A stretch of 64,000 nucleotides of DNA from Candidatus Bathyarchaeota archaeon (GTDB lineage Archaea > Thermoproteota > Bathyarchaeia > Bathyarchaeales > Bathycorpusculaceae). The stretch spans positions 1,152,001 through 1,216,000 of the forward strand of contig OY970340.1 of NCBI GenBank assembly GCA_963717465.1. Reading direction: 5' to 3'. Positions 10,910-21,167 of this stretch are shown one piece after another (positions within the stretch are counted from its first letter, which is position 1; each line of letters starts with the position of its first letter). Both the position numbers and the translations under genes were made by a program. The notes under the pieces are model-generated. The model ran no database searches and was not told where the DNA came from. It saw nothing but the letters and a program-made list of their open reading frames with translations.

Positions 10910-12400
10910 ATGAGGACTCCAGCCATTTATATGGATAAAGAAGAGGATAGGGTTAGAACCATCTTGGGCGGTACTCCTTTGAGTGCTGAAAATATACGAC
11001 TTAGTGAGGAAGCATTAGGAGCTCAATGGCATGGGACATCATGGTTCTTCTTGATGCATTTGATAGCTAAGACTTTCACAAAAGAAGATGAAATTAGGTT
11101 ATCAACCCTAAAAACCATTGTTCAAGATTACGGCATAAAAAACTGGATCAATGACTATAACCTTAAACAGCAGCTTGTTAAAATTGTGGATGTTTTTAAA
11201 CGAAGAGAATTAGGTAATGTACATTTAGATGGTGCTCTGTCGTTAAAAATTGATGGTTTAATATCGACCGATGAATTAAAAAAATATGCCGATCGACAAT
11301 ACGAGTATGCAATGGGAGAAGGACTAGTAAGGTACAGTGTGCCCAATAATACATGGTTTGACAGAAAGATGTCTGACTATGCAGAGCGCTTTTGGTGGCA
11401 CTACATGATTATGGTTTTTGACGGCCCGAAAATTTACAGCAGTTCTAGTGGAGAGAGCGCCTTAAAGGCACTTTATAACGACTTAGAAGAGAAAATGGGC
11501 GGAAAACAGTTAGCATTTCATGGTGTAGACCTGTGGCAGAAGCCGCATTTGGAACACGCACTATCATTATTGGAAGGCTGGGAAAGAGGGCTTATTACTC
11601 GTCGAGTTCTCGCCACATTTAAATTTGGGGATGTTGAATTCGTTGCCCCGCGTTTTTTTGCAGAACCAGACGCCAAACCGATTAGTGCAGCGATTTTTTC
11701 CGGTAAGGATAATGAACGGGTATTGAGATTAATTGAAAAGCTAAGGCGATTTCCCGCATATCCAGTATACAAAGGTAATATCGAAGAATATAATTTAAGC
11801 ACCGCTCTAGAAAGAGCAGGTGCAATTACAATAGTTGATGAGTCAGATACTAGTTACAGGGTCCCACACTTAGTTTATTTAGTTTCACGAGATATGGCAA
11901 ATAAAGCAAACAGGATTTTGGATTTTAAGTATGCTCCAAGAGGTCCTAATGTTGATTTTGGAGATAATTCATTAGCGGACGAAATGTTTAGAACCCTAGG
12001 TCGGGCTCGTGCATATGCTCAGAAAATTATTCCAGAAGCAAGACTGGACAAAACAGATTACACTTCTATGATTGAAAAGATACTGAGCAGCCTTGAAACA
12101 AGAAAGGAAGCGAATTTAGGAGAAATAACTTCGATTTTCACACCTTTGAGCGGTGTTATGGGGGCAATTGAAATTGACGAAAAAAGCTCACACGCGGTGG
12201 TCAAAGGAGGTTACGATTTTGTCATTAAATTCCTTAGAGATTTCTGGGAGCAAATTTTAACCGACCGTTCAGTAGCTGATGTATTCTATCCTGTAAGCAA
12301 AAGTGTTGAAAAAAGCGAATTTGAACAAACAACGAAAAGCGAAAAGAGCCAAGTTGAAATTCAGATAAAAAACAGCTTAAAATCATACTTTGCAAAGTGA
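10910..12400 (+). CDS. Uncharacterised protein (496 aa), first gene of three-gene operon
   Basis: Long ORF with no motif I recognise; TTAAATA TATA-like box near 10869; overlaps the next gene. Confidence 0.8.
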   Translation: MRTPAIYMDKEEDRVRTILGGTPLSAENIRLSEEALGAQWHGTSWFFLMHLIAKTFTKEDEIRLSTLKTIVQDYGIKNWINDYNLKQQLVKIVDVFKRRELGNVHLDGALSLKIDGLISTDELKKYADRQYEYAMGEGLVRYSVPNNTWFDRKMSDYAERFWWHYMIMVFDGPKIYSSSSGESALKALYNDLEEKMGGKQLAFHGVDLWQKPHLEHALSLLEGWERGLITRRVLATFKFGDVEFVAPRFFAEPDAKPISAAIFSGKDNERVLRLIEKLRRFPAYPVYKGNIEEYNLSTALERAGAITIVDESDTSYRVPHLVYLVSRDMANKANRILDFKYAPRGPNVDFGDNSLADEMFRTLGRARAYAQKIIPEARLDKTDYTSMIEKILSSLETRKEANLGEITSIFTPLSGVMGAIEIDEKSSHAVVKGGYDFVIKFLRDFWEQILTDRSVADVFYPVSKSVEKSEFEQTTKSEKSQVEIQIKNSLKSYFAK

Positions 12401-13415
12401 TATTATGGAAGATTTCTCAAAAGATAAAGCCAAATTCTTCAAAGATTTCGTTAGTCAGGAGATTTTAGAGAAGGAATCAATCGTAAGTCAAGAATCCCTG
12501 ATTAACATGAGTGAAGAAATCTCCCCAGAAATTATCAGGTGGGAAAATAACAAACCATCTTTACAACTTTGGCTCAAGTCACGATTGTTCGAGCCCGTCG
12601 TAGCATCAATCGGTGTCGAAAAATATATTGAAGACCTTCTCAGGTACAAGGGTGACAAACCAGAGAAAGAAGTCCAAATTAACTCTTTCCTAGCATCAAC
12701 CAATATTTCAAGTTCCTTGAATCTTTTTATCGTCGAATTATTGAGAAAACTTAATAATAAAAACAAATTATCACTCAATGAATCCCATTTTCAAGCATTG
12801 TCTGATATATATAAGCCTAGAAAAGATTTCAAGGCTACATTTAATGACACAAAATTCTTTGTAGATGAGATTGAAAATATTCGAGATATTTTGCTCAGGA
12901 CTTCTTTAGATTTGTTAACGGGATACAATTCAATGGAAGAGGGCTATTATTTAAGACCTGAACACAGGGTTGAGGATAATAAAATCCCAGACAATCTTAT
13001 AAAAATTGGTTCTATTTCCGATTTTACAATTAGGCAATTAACCACAATTTCACAAACTTATACATCTTCTTTAAAAATATGGATAATGGAAGGTTATGTC
13101 GTATGGAAATTTAGGGATCAACCGACAATATTCTTGAAATCTGGGCAAGCGTATTACTCACCGAACCGTTCAAAATACCTTAAAACAAATGACAAGGAGA
13201 TGGCAAAAAGACAGCTATTTCTTATTGAAGAAAAACTTGAAATTGCTCGAAAGTCTCCAACAGTGCCTTGCGCGATTTGTGGCGAGCGTTATACTTCAAA
13301 CATAATGTATCATTCTAGCAAAGGAATAGCCCCAATTTGCGAGAACTGCTCGAAAGATGAAAAAGTCAAAGGTCACGTGGCAACGTTAAGAAATAAAGAA
13401 GAACCTACCTCCTAA
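12390..13415 (+). CDS. Uncharacterised protein with C-terminal Zn finger
   Basis: 341-aa ORF with CAIC...CENC near the C-terminus; overlaps the upstream gene. Confidence 0.8.
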   Translation: MQSDIMEDFSKDKAKFFKDFVSQEILEKESIVSQESLINMSEEISPEIIRWENNKPSLQLWLKSRLFEPVVASIGVEKYIEDLLRYKGDKPEKEVQINSFLASTNISSSLNLFIVELLRKLNNKNKLSLNESHFQALSDIYKPRKDFKATFNDTKFFVDEIENIRDILLRTSLDLLTGYNSMEEGYYLRPEHRVEDNKIPDNLIKIGSISDFTIRQLTTISQTYTSSLKIWIMEGYVVWKFRDQPTIFLKSGQAYYSPNRSKYLKTNDKEMAKRQLFLIEEKLEIARKSPTVPCAICGERYTSNIMYHSSKGIAPICENCSKDEKVKGHVATLRNKEEPTS

Positions 13416-13426
13416 TAGGTGGTATT

Positions 13427-14809
13427 TTGACAATCAAACCCGACACTATTGACACTCTTATACAGCAAACAAGAGAGGCTCTTGAGGGTAGCAGATACGG
13501 AGATGCTTTAGCCAATGCTAGGATGGCGTGGAAGGAGGCAAAAAAACAGCTTAACAGAGTTAAAACAAAAGTTAACAGAATAGATGCCGTTACCGAAGAA
13601 AACATGGGCAAAATTGCCGAACAAAAGGAAAAACTGCAAGCATACCTCAGCACGATAGGTTCATTAATGCAAACAATCCGTAAAGAAAAGAAACATGCAG
13701 AAAAGTTCCGCCAGCTTATCGAAAAAATTCGCGAAGAAGGCATTACGGAAAAGATAGCGACCGTTCAATCTGAAATAGATAATCTGACATCAAAACCACG
13801 AACTCTAAATGGAACCGAACGCTACTTACTTTGCCTGAGAAGATGGAACTCTTTTACTCCTTTTCTTGCAAGTTATCCAGGTTCTAGCCAAGGAGGAGGA
13901 TACTTTTTAGCGTGGTGTAACAAAGGAATTGTTATTGATCCGGGCATTAATTTTATTCAAAATTTCCTATCATCTGGGTTCTCGATTTGCGATATTGATT
14001 CAGTAATTTTGACGCATTCTCACGTTGACCATACGGCAGATCTCGAAGCAATACTTACTTTAATGCATGAGTTGAATAAATATAACGAAACAAACAATAG
14101 GGAAACCCACAAAGTAGATTTTTTCCTTAATGTCGGCTCAGCGAATAAATTTATGCAGCTTTTTTCAGTATCATACGATTCCGTTGGAAATATTGTTGTC
14201 CTTAAACAAGATGATAATTATCAGGTCTCACCGGAAGTTTCTCTCGCAACATACGCTTCTTTCCACACAGATCTTTATGCAAATCGAGCGAAGTGCTTAG
14301 GGTTAATTCTTAACTGCAAAAGTGAAAAGAAGAAAATAAGCTTCGGTCTTACAAGTGATACTGGGTATTCACCGGACTTAGCAAATTACTATACTGCATT
14401 AGAGGACGGTTTGATTGTGCTTCATATCGGTTCAATTTTGGAGAAAGAGTTATCAATAGTTAAACCAAGAGAAAAATTCTACGAAGAACACCTTGGATTA
14501 CGAGGAATTTATAATTTGATTTATGACATCAAACCTAAATTAGCAATAATCTCCGAAATAGGTGAAGAACTGAAGGATACTATTCTGCCGATTGTTAAAG
14601 ACTTAGGCGACATATTTCCTAACACAAAGGTATTGCCAGCTGACATAGGATTAAGGATCGACTTATCTAGTTATGGTAGTCCGTTCAAGGTAGAATGCTT
14701 TAAATGTAAAACATACAAAAATATTTCCGAGATTATGTTTAGCCCGCCCAATGAAAGCAGTGGAAGCAGTGGGATTCAATTCACCTGCAAAACATGTGGA
14801 AAACAATAA
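13427..14809 (+). CDS. MBL-fold metallo-hydrolase with N-terminal coiled coil and C-terminal Zn ribbon
   Basis: IVIDPG, THSHVDH (HxHxDH), TSDTG and EEHLG motifs; CFKC...CKTC at the C-terminus. Confidence 0.88.
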   Translation: MTIKPDTIDTLIQQTREALEGSRYGDALANARMAWKEAKKQLNRVKTKVNRIDAVTEENMGKIAEQKEKLQAYLSTIGSLMQTIRKEKKHAEKFRQLIEKIREEGITEKIATVQSEIDNLTSKPRTLNGTERYLLCLRRWNSFTPFLASYPGSSQGGGYFLAWCNKGIVIDPGINFIQNFLSSGFSICDIDSVILTHSHVDHTADLEAILTLMHELNKYNETNNRETHKVDFFLNVGSANKFMQLFSVSYDSVGNIVVLKQDDNYQVSPEVSLATYASFHTDLYANRAKCLGLILNCKSEKKKISFGLTSDTGYSPDLANYYTALEDGLIVLHIGSILEKELSIVKPREKFYEEHLGLRGIYNLIYDIKPKLAIISEIGEELKDTILPIVKDLGDIFPNTKVLPADIGLRIDLSSYGSPFKVECFKCKTYKNISEIMFSPPNESSGSSGIQFTCKTCGKQ

Positions 14810-15679
14810 TCAACCTCAAACGGCTCTCCCGAGGTCATAAAAATTTTTTGTCTCTTTTTTAAGTGATATTTAGCTTCCTATATCGACATTCAACATAATG
14901 AGCTTGAAAACAAAAGAAATTTTGTGTTAGCACTTGGCTTTGCTTAGTAGTCTTGTTCCGCAGGTTTTGCATCCGTATTTTTACGTTGTGGAAAAACATC
15001 TTCACTGGAAAGATTATAAAGCTAGCCATATTTTTCCCATGCTGAATAAGCTTGATAAAAGTTGAAAATGGCAGCGTTGTGTGTTAAATGCACAGCAGTA
15101 GAAGGTGCTGAGATCCTTAATTTTAAGGAGACTCTTTAACCTTAAATATAACAAAGTTCACAATTTTTCTACTATAACTTAATTAATAGAGAATTGGAAT
15201 AGGCTAAATTTGAGGCTCAAATAGTCATCTTGTCATTCTATTTCCTAAAATTACATTATAGGAAAAGGGCGAGTGTTTAATTGCTAAACTGGCAATTATT
15301 TGAGTGAGTCAACCCCCACCCGACTAGGGGCTTTTTCTTAGGGCTTTGCTTAGCTAAAAGTTCTAAATACGCACAAATGAGTCGTGATTAATATTCGGCT
15401 GCTTTAAAAAGCGTTCCAGCATAAACCTTAAATACTTGAAGTATGTTTATAGTACTTGCAGTACTTAAAACAAACTTAAGGTACACTTAAGGTACGATAA
15501 AAATACTGCGGTGAGGTGGAATATGGAGAAGAATATGGAGAAAGCGTAAAAAGGCAGGACATTTCGCGGGCAGAAAATGCCCGCATACTACATTTAGATA
15601 AAAGCAGGTTATCGATAATCTTAAAAGTGAAATAGCGTTATAGTGGCTAAGAAATGTCTTTGCCTGAAGGGATATTTAA

Positions 15680-16531
15680 TTGATTACCCATTATATATCA
15701 GATTTAGGATTTGAAAATGAAAAATTAACTTTACGTTTTAATTCGAGCATGGCTGAGTCCTTAAGACTATTTTCTGGTCAGACACTATTTAGTTGCTTTG
15801 ATAAGGAAAAGGACCATAGACAACTCCTTCTCTCCCCAATTAAGCTGAATCCGACAATGAACTACTTCAGAGTATATATTAATAACGAAAGAGGTATACT
15901 TGAAAAAATATGTGAAGCCCTAAATGAATATGATGTCAACATCGCGGGATATGGGGCTTTTGTTCTTGGAAACCTAGCCGTTTTTGAAATAACAGCTGAT
16001 TTTAAAAATGCTAAAGGAAGCCCTGATATGATTCGAACAAAGTTACAAGAAATCGGAGGGGTAGTTATTCACAGAAGGCTGATTGAGCTCATTCCTCTGT
16101 TCTTTAACAATCAAACGGTAATTACGGTCGAAAAAGAGGGAAAAAACCACGATCCGATTAAAGAATGGTCTTTAAATATTCCTAAATCGATTGCTAGTGA
16201 AGTAGGCATAAATTGGAATGAAAAGTCTTTTGCAATAATTAGTAATTATTCTCGCATCCCAGCATTATTAGTTGAGTTCCTGCTACCAAACTCACCTATA
16301 GTAAAACTATCAGCTAATCTAGTAGATCAACCGGGTGCTTTGTTTCGTCTCTCAAATGTGCTTAAGGATTACATCGACATTAAGGCAAGTTTCCAAACTC
16401 TTCTTGATGAAAAGACAGAGAAATACATGGCCATTGGTATTTTAATACAAGGCAATACCGAAGGAATAAAAAGCGCTTTGGAAAATCTACCTCAAGTGAA
16501 AGAATTTAATATTGAAAGAATTGGATGGTGA
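15680..16531 (+). CDS. Protein with two ACT-like domains
   Basis: NNERGILEKICEALNEYDVNI and VDQPGALFRLSNVL match the ACT beta1-loop-alpha1 signature. Confidence 0.65.
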   Translation: MITHYISDLGFENEKLTLRFNSSMAESLRLFSGQTLFSCFDKEKDHRQLLLSPIKLNPTMNYFRVYINNERGILEKICEALNEYDVNIAGYGAFVLGNLAVFEITADFKNAKGSPDMIRTKLQEIGGVVIHRRLIELIPLFFNNQTVITVEKEGKNHDPIKEWSLNIPKSIASEVGINWNEKSFAIISNYSRIPALLVEFLLPNSPIVKLSANLVDQPGALFRLSNVLKDYIDIKASFQTLLDEKTEKYMAIGILIQGNTEGIKSALENLPQVKEFNIERIGW

Positions 16532-16564
16532 ATAAACTTCGCAGACTTTATAGATCTTCGAGAA

Positions 16565-17359
16565 ATGCGTGAAGTTTTCAAGGACAATTTGAAGAAAATG
16601 CTGATGTATCGTGGAATAACTGCTGAAATAGAACTGCCTGATCTAACATTAGATGGGACCCATTATCGAATTTCGGCTTACTTAAGTAATGCGAGAATAA
16701 AAACAAACCCAGAAGAGAAGTCTTTTGAAGGGGAATTAAATGTAGAAATTGACTTAGAAGAAGGAAAGCTTCGTTTAGAATGGTATTGCCCATTCCATTT
16801 AATGGACAAACTAAATTGGATAGAAACTGACCTGAGTAGGGAAGAGGAAAAACTCGAATCGATAAACAAAGAAAGACTTGAAATGCTTGACAAAGTATTT
16901 CAGCTTGTCCTATATAACATGGCTTGTCAATTCCTTGAACAACTAACTTGGTATATGTTAAATGTTGATCCCCCTAATTATTTAAAATTGCGAATATTGA
17001 CAACATTGCTGCTTAAGAATCCTCGGTTAGTGTTGCCTCCTGCAGAGCCAAATGTAGATGTATTTGTATCTAGAAACAACGAAGGTTCTTACGATTTAGT
17101 GATGACATTGTACTTAATTGGCTTCTCTTTGGAGAATTATCCTCACATATCAAAAGCTTCAATAACTGTCGTTAATGAAGTTAAGAGTGGGAGAGAATCC
17201 TTCAATATATACCCAGTTGAGTTTACCTACAATAAAAATGAATTATCTGAGAAGGAGTTTGAAGAATACAAAGACCGATTTCTAGGCACTATTGTTAATC
17301 CTATGAAGGAATTATTTAAAGAATTGGATCCATTGGCATTTGCAATAGAGCTGAAGTAG
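16565..17359 (+). CDS. Hypothetical protein
   Basis: 264-aa acidic ORF, co-oriented with its neighbours. Confidence 0.7.
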   Translation: MREVFKDNLKKMLMYRGITAEIELPDLTLDGTHYRISAYLSNARIKTNPEEKSFEGELNVEIDLEEGKLRLEWYCPFHLMDKLNWIETDLSREEEKLESINKERLEMLDKVFQLVLYNMACQFLEQLTWYMLNVDPPNYLKLRILTTLLLKNPRLVLPPAEPNVDVFVSRNNEGSYDLVMTLYLIGFSLENYPHISKASITVVNEVKSGRESFNIYPVEFTYNKNELSEKEFEEYKDRFLGTIVNPMKELFKELDPLAFAIELK

Positions 17360-17360
17360 A

Positions 17361-17924
17361 ATGACTGGCGATGGTCACCCGTCAAAATTGCAAAAATGGA
17401 AATGGCCAAGCAGGATAGTTATTATTTTTCTAATAATTGTAATTATCTTTTTAGGAGTGTATTGTCCGAATAATGTTGAGGTTTTGTTGACGGCAATAAT
17501 CTCAGTTGGGGCATGCGTTTTAGCATGGATTTTACTCGAATTGCATTTTCAAGAAAATATAAATGTTGAAGACCAGCAAGAAAAAGAAAGAATTATCATA
17601 TTGCTAAGAGACCCGTTTTGTGGGTTAATCTTAAAAATGTTAATAAAAAATCAAAGCATCAGAGTCGATGAATTTTTAAAACTCTTTGATGACTCGGACC
17701 ATAAGCGGTCTGCCCTTGATGCAATAGGTTCTTTATCAGAAATGGACTTTATTGCTTTTTTTGATTGGGCGATAAGCCCTGTAAATAAGGAACCTAACAC
17801 AAGCACAATTGTTTTTAAAATTCAACTTACGAACCAATTTGACGTCCTTTGGAATAAATACAAGAGGGACTTACAACCCTATCTCGCGGGGACAAGATTG
17901 CCGTCCGCCAAACCCGCCTATTAA
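17361..17924 (+). CDS. Membrane protein, two TM helices plus soluble (possibly winged-helix) C-terminus
   Basis: Two hydrophobic N-terminal stretches; starts 1 nt after the upstream stop. Confidence 0.65.
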   Translation: MTGDGHPSKLQKWKWPSRIVIIFLIIVIIFLGVYCPNNVEVLLTAIISVGACVLAWILLELHFQENINVEDQQEKERIIILLRDPFCGLILKMLIKNQSIRVDEFLKLFDDSDHKRSALDAIGSLSEMDFIAFFDWAISPVNKEPNTSTIVFKIQLTNQFDVLWNKYKRDLQPYLAGTRLPSAKPAY

Positions 17925-17930
17925 ATGGAT

Positions 17931-18257
17931 TTATGTAGCATGTAGTGCAGGCAATCGGTCAACAAAAACGGAATATTCTTCAGCGATTTGATATTTTCTA
18001 ACAGCCCTTCTCGGGTTAGTTTTCACTTGTCCGAGGGTTTGAACTGTCCATTCATCTTTTAATATACCCATACTTGCCAAAAGCCTAAGTGCATTAACAA
18101 TCGTTGTTTTTGAACCTTTAACTTGCTCACAAATCTGATTAAAATACAATTGTTTACCACCGCGCAACGTTCTGAGAATTTCATCAGCCTTCGGAATCCT
18201 GGCTATCTTAACAAGCATTAACACTTCTTTTTCATTGTATTGCTTAGTTGCTGCCAA
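17931..18257 (-). CDS. Winged-helix (ArsR/HxlR-like) DNA-binding protein
   Basis: EILRTL...LYFNQICEQVKGSKTTIVNALRLLASMGIL...VRKYQI pattern; GGAGG RBS before TTG start. Confidence 0.75.
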   Translation of the reverse strand: MAATKQYNEKEVLMLVKIARIPKADEILRTLRGGKQLYFNQICEQVKGSKTTIVNALRLLASMGILKDEWTVQTLGQVKTNPRRAVRKYQIAEEYSVFVDRLPALHAT

Positions 18258-18433
18258 ATCTATCCCTCCTTTTGCTCAGTATATTCGTAATACCTCAAGT
18301 ACGACAAACACAATTACTGCAAACTTCTAATAAAAGCTTTGTGCTTGCGATACGTTCTAACAATTTGCCCAACAAATAAGCAAGATGAGAAAACGATACC
18401 TTAAATCTTTCCAAAATGCTCGCTACCGATTCT

Positions 18434-18616
18434 TTATTCCCTTTTTATAATATCCTTTGCAAACCTCTGCAAGTAATTAAACCCAGTATGTATATCGTTT
18501 AAGTCGAGCCTTTTTTGCACCTTAAATGCAGCTATGATAGTATTATCATCTTTGATAATGTCACTGGCCACTGTTTCGCGGAACAGGTGAGGCCATAGAG
18601 TTTCGCTTGTTCGCCT
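18434..18616 (-). pseudogene. C-terminal remnant of a tyrosine recombinase/integrase
   Basis: LWPHLFRETVAS...VQKRLDLNDIHTGFNY resembles box II (H-x-x-R ... catalytic Tyr); N-terminal part absent. Confidence 0.6.
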
Positions 18617-18619
18617 TAT

Positions 18620-19394
18620 CAGTAACAGCGCTAGTTTCTTCGAAATTCCAAACGGTGTTATCAGCATAGGGAAGCATGCCATCCATGGATGTTCAGCCCT
18701 TAGGAAAATAATAATCCCTCCGAGTGTGGCGATTGTGGAAAACAACCCGTTCTCCAGTTGTCCCTCTTTGACGTTGGTGAACCGCAGTCCCAATTTTATC
18801 TTTGAGAACGATGCATTGTACGACCGGAACAGGACATCAATCTTCTATTTTGCTATCAATAGCCCTTCAAAATCCTTCGTAATTCCGGAAGGGATTACTA
18901 CCATTCAAAGGCATTCATTTTTTGGCTGTATCAGCCTGTCAAGCGTGACCATTCCGAGCAGCGTGAAGGTCATTGGTTACAACCCTTTCGCCAACTGTCC
19001 TTCTTTGTCACTTGTTAACCATAGTCCTAACTTTGTGTATGAAAATGGTGTGTTGTATGACAGAACCAAGACCAAGCTAATGTACTACTCGATGCGTAAT
19101 CTTGGGAAGGAATTCTTGATCCCTCATACTGTCAGGACGATAGGACGGAATGCGTTCTTTGGGTGTAGCAATCTCAATTCTGTCATTATCTCTGATGGAG
19201 TGGATCGTGTAGATAAAGGAGCTTTCGCCTGTTGCACAGGACTAAAGAAACTCAATGTTGCTGGAAGCGTTGCTCACATTGAAGACTGGGCTTTTTATGG
19301 CTGTTCTAAATTGACATCCCTGAATGTGCCGAAGCATACTTCGATCGCAGACCATGCGTTTTCGAGGTGCCCCGTAAAGTTGACTAGATCTTAG
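18620..19394 (+). pseudogene. BspA-type leucine-rich-repeat protein, 5'-truncated
   Basis: IP.GV..IG..AF.GC..L..I.IP repeats continue in frame upstream of the called start at 18726 (FEIPNGVISIGKHAIHGCSAL) with no start codon, up to a TGA near 18588. Confidence 0.75.
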
Positions 19395-19402
19395 GTGGAG
19401 CC

Positions 19403-20542
19403 ATGAGCAAGAAGAGCAAGTCGGACAGAACAAACGTGCCGAGAAAAGATGAGCTTCTGAGGCACTTATCTGCTGTCACAAGGTTCGTCAGGAAGGCTAG
19501 TGATGACCCTTCCCTGTTGCGTTATCTGGAAGAGACGAAGAGGGCACTAGCCGAGACTAAGTACGGCCTCATCTTCGAAGAGCATTCGGAGGAAATAGAG
19601 AGGATCTTGGAGGAGAACGATGTCGAGCTGGTGGAGCAGAGGAAACTGGCAATCAAGAATGGTAAGAGGTTGAACATCTTGATAGAAGGGGAGAATCTCG
19701 CAGTTCTCCGGAAGCTGACAACCAAATATTCGGGAGAGGTGGACGTGATTTACGTCGACCCTCCGTACAACACAGGTATGAAATCCTTGAATTACGATGA
19801 TTACGATTATGCTGACGCGGGCGATGCGTACGTTCATAGCAAGTGGCTTAGTTTCATGGGTAAGAGGCTCCGTGTTGCATATGGCCTCCTGTCAGGAAAT
19901 GGTGTGATGTTCATTCACATTGATGAGCACGAAACAGGTACCCTGCTCCTCTTATGCCAAAGTATTTTTGGCGAAGCCAACGTGGTCGTCCTGGTTTGGC
20001 CCAAGACAGATCCCAAGTTTGATCAGAACCGTGTTGAAAAGCCATTTCACAACATTAAAATCGTGCACGAGAACATCTTTGCGTGTTTCAAAGACAAAAA
20101 CAACACTATCTTTAATGCTCTGATGATGCCCTCACGTGCAAGTGGTGAAGAGTACGAAGAGACTCCGATCCGCATGGAAACTATATTGAAGGGTCTGGGG
20201 ACAACATCATCCGCTAAAGACGAGCTTGAGGAGATTCTTGGGAGAAGAGACATCTTTCAGACCCCAAAACCCATGAAGCTTGTAAAGGAGCTGGTCAGGG
20301 CAGCAGCGGGGAAGCATGCGTTAGTCTTGGATTTCTTTGCTGGCTCGGGAACTACTGGTCACGCGGTCATGGACTTGAACATGGAGGATGGAGGAGATCG
20401 AAAATTCATTCTCGTAAACAACTCGGAGAATGGAATCTGTAGAGAGGTGACATACGAGCGCTTAAGAAGGGTGCTTGAGAGAGAACACTATCAGGAATGC
20501 TTGAGATACTTAAAAGTCAAGTACGTTCCGAGAATTCGCTAA
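19403..20542 (+). CDS. Adenine-specific DNA methyltransferase, type III Mod-like, orphan
   Basis: YGLIFEEH, LIEGENL, YVDPPYNTG, HSKWLSFM, TPKP and LDFFAGSGTTG motifs; no res gene nearby. Confidence 0.92.
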   Translation: MSKKSKSDRTNVPRKDELLRHLSAVTRFVRKASDDPSLLRYLEETKRALAETKYGLIFEEHSEEIERILEENDVELVEQRKLAIKNGKRLNILIEGENLAVLRKLTTKYSGEVDVIYVDPPYNTGMKSLNYDDYDYADAGDAYVHSKWLSFMGKRLRVAYGLLSGNGVMFIHIDEHETGTLLLLCQSIFGEANVVVLVWPKTDPKFDQNRVEKPFHNIKIVHENIFACFKDKNNTIFNALMMPSRASGEEYEETPIRMETILKGLGTTSSAKDELEEILGRRDIFQTPKPMKLVKELVRAAAGKHALVLDFFAGSGTTGHAVMDLNMEDGGDRKFILVNNSENGICREVTYERLRRVLEREHYQECLRYLKVKYVPRIR

Positions 20543-20595
20543 CAAGACGCTGAATTTTCTCCTACACGAACTCACGATTTTTTTATAGCGCGCCT

Positions 20596-21167
20596 TTCAA
20601 AACAGTCCACTTTAAAAAACCTTGAAAAAAACAATCCTAAACCTTCAGAAAACTAATTAGTAACTAATTAGCAGCCGACAAATGACCCCTAACCGTTTCT
20701 TAACCATGCAAAAAGTTCAAACAATACTACACATAACCATAAAAAAGTTCAAAACACACAACCCCTCAAGACCAAAACTAACGCACTTTTGCAAAAACAA
20801 GCCCAAACCAACCCTTTTCAAACCAAAAAAATTCTTAAAATTGAACAAAAAAGTTCAAAATTCCACTTCCACCAAACCATGAACAACCCCCAACCACACA
20901 AACAATACTCCCAAAAACCCACAGCAGCATTCAGCCTAAACCTAAACAACGGCGCGCACGTCTTTACCGTTCTTGTATCTAGGAGTACTAGTCGGTTTAG
21001 CCGTTGCGCTGTTACGTTTTGCTTTGCCCTTAAGTTGCCATCTCACACCTTGATAAACCCAAAACAACCTCATCAGACTGCTCCAAAACCAACTTCTGAA
21101 AATTCAAAGCACCCCTAAGCTTAGCATCAATCTCAAGTTCTAGTGGACCGGTGGGGATTTGAACCCC
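20596..21167. repeat. Copy B of the ~0.6-kb direct repeat, abutting and overlapping the tRNA 3' end
   Basis: Aligns with 7148-7745. Confidence 0.95.

Larger units (their letters stand above)
8595..21165. mobile_element. tRNA-Ala-integrated genomic island (~12.6 kb, degenerate)
   Basis: Bounded by 25-bp direct repeats of the tRNA 3' end; contains an IS, a recombinase remnant, a methyltransferase and ORFans. Confidence 0.85.

Noticed and set aside
15306..15335. IS200/IS605 or IscB-type end hairpin (GTCAACCCCCACC...GGGGCTT)
   Set aside because: Short and degenerate, with no tnpA, tnpB or iscB ORF nearby.
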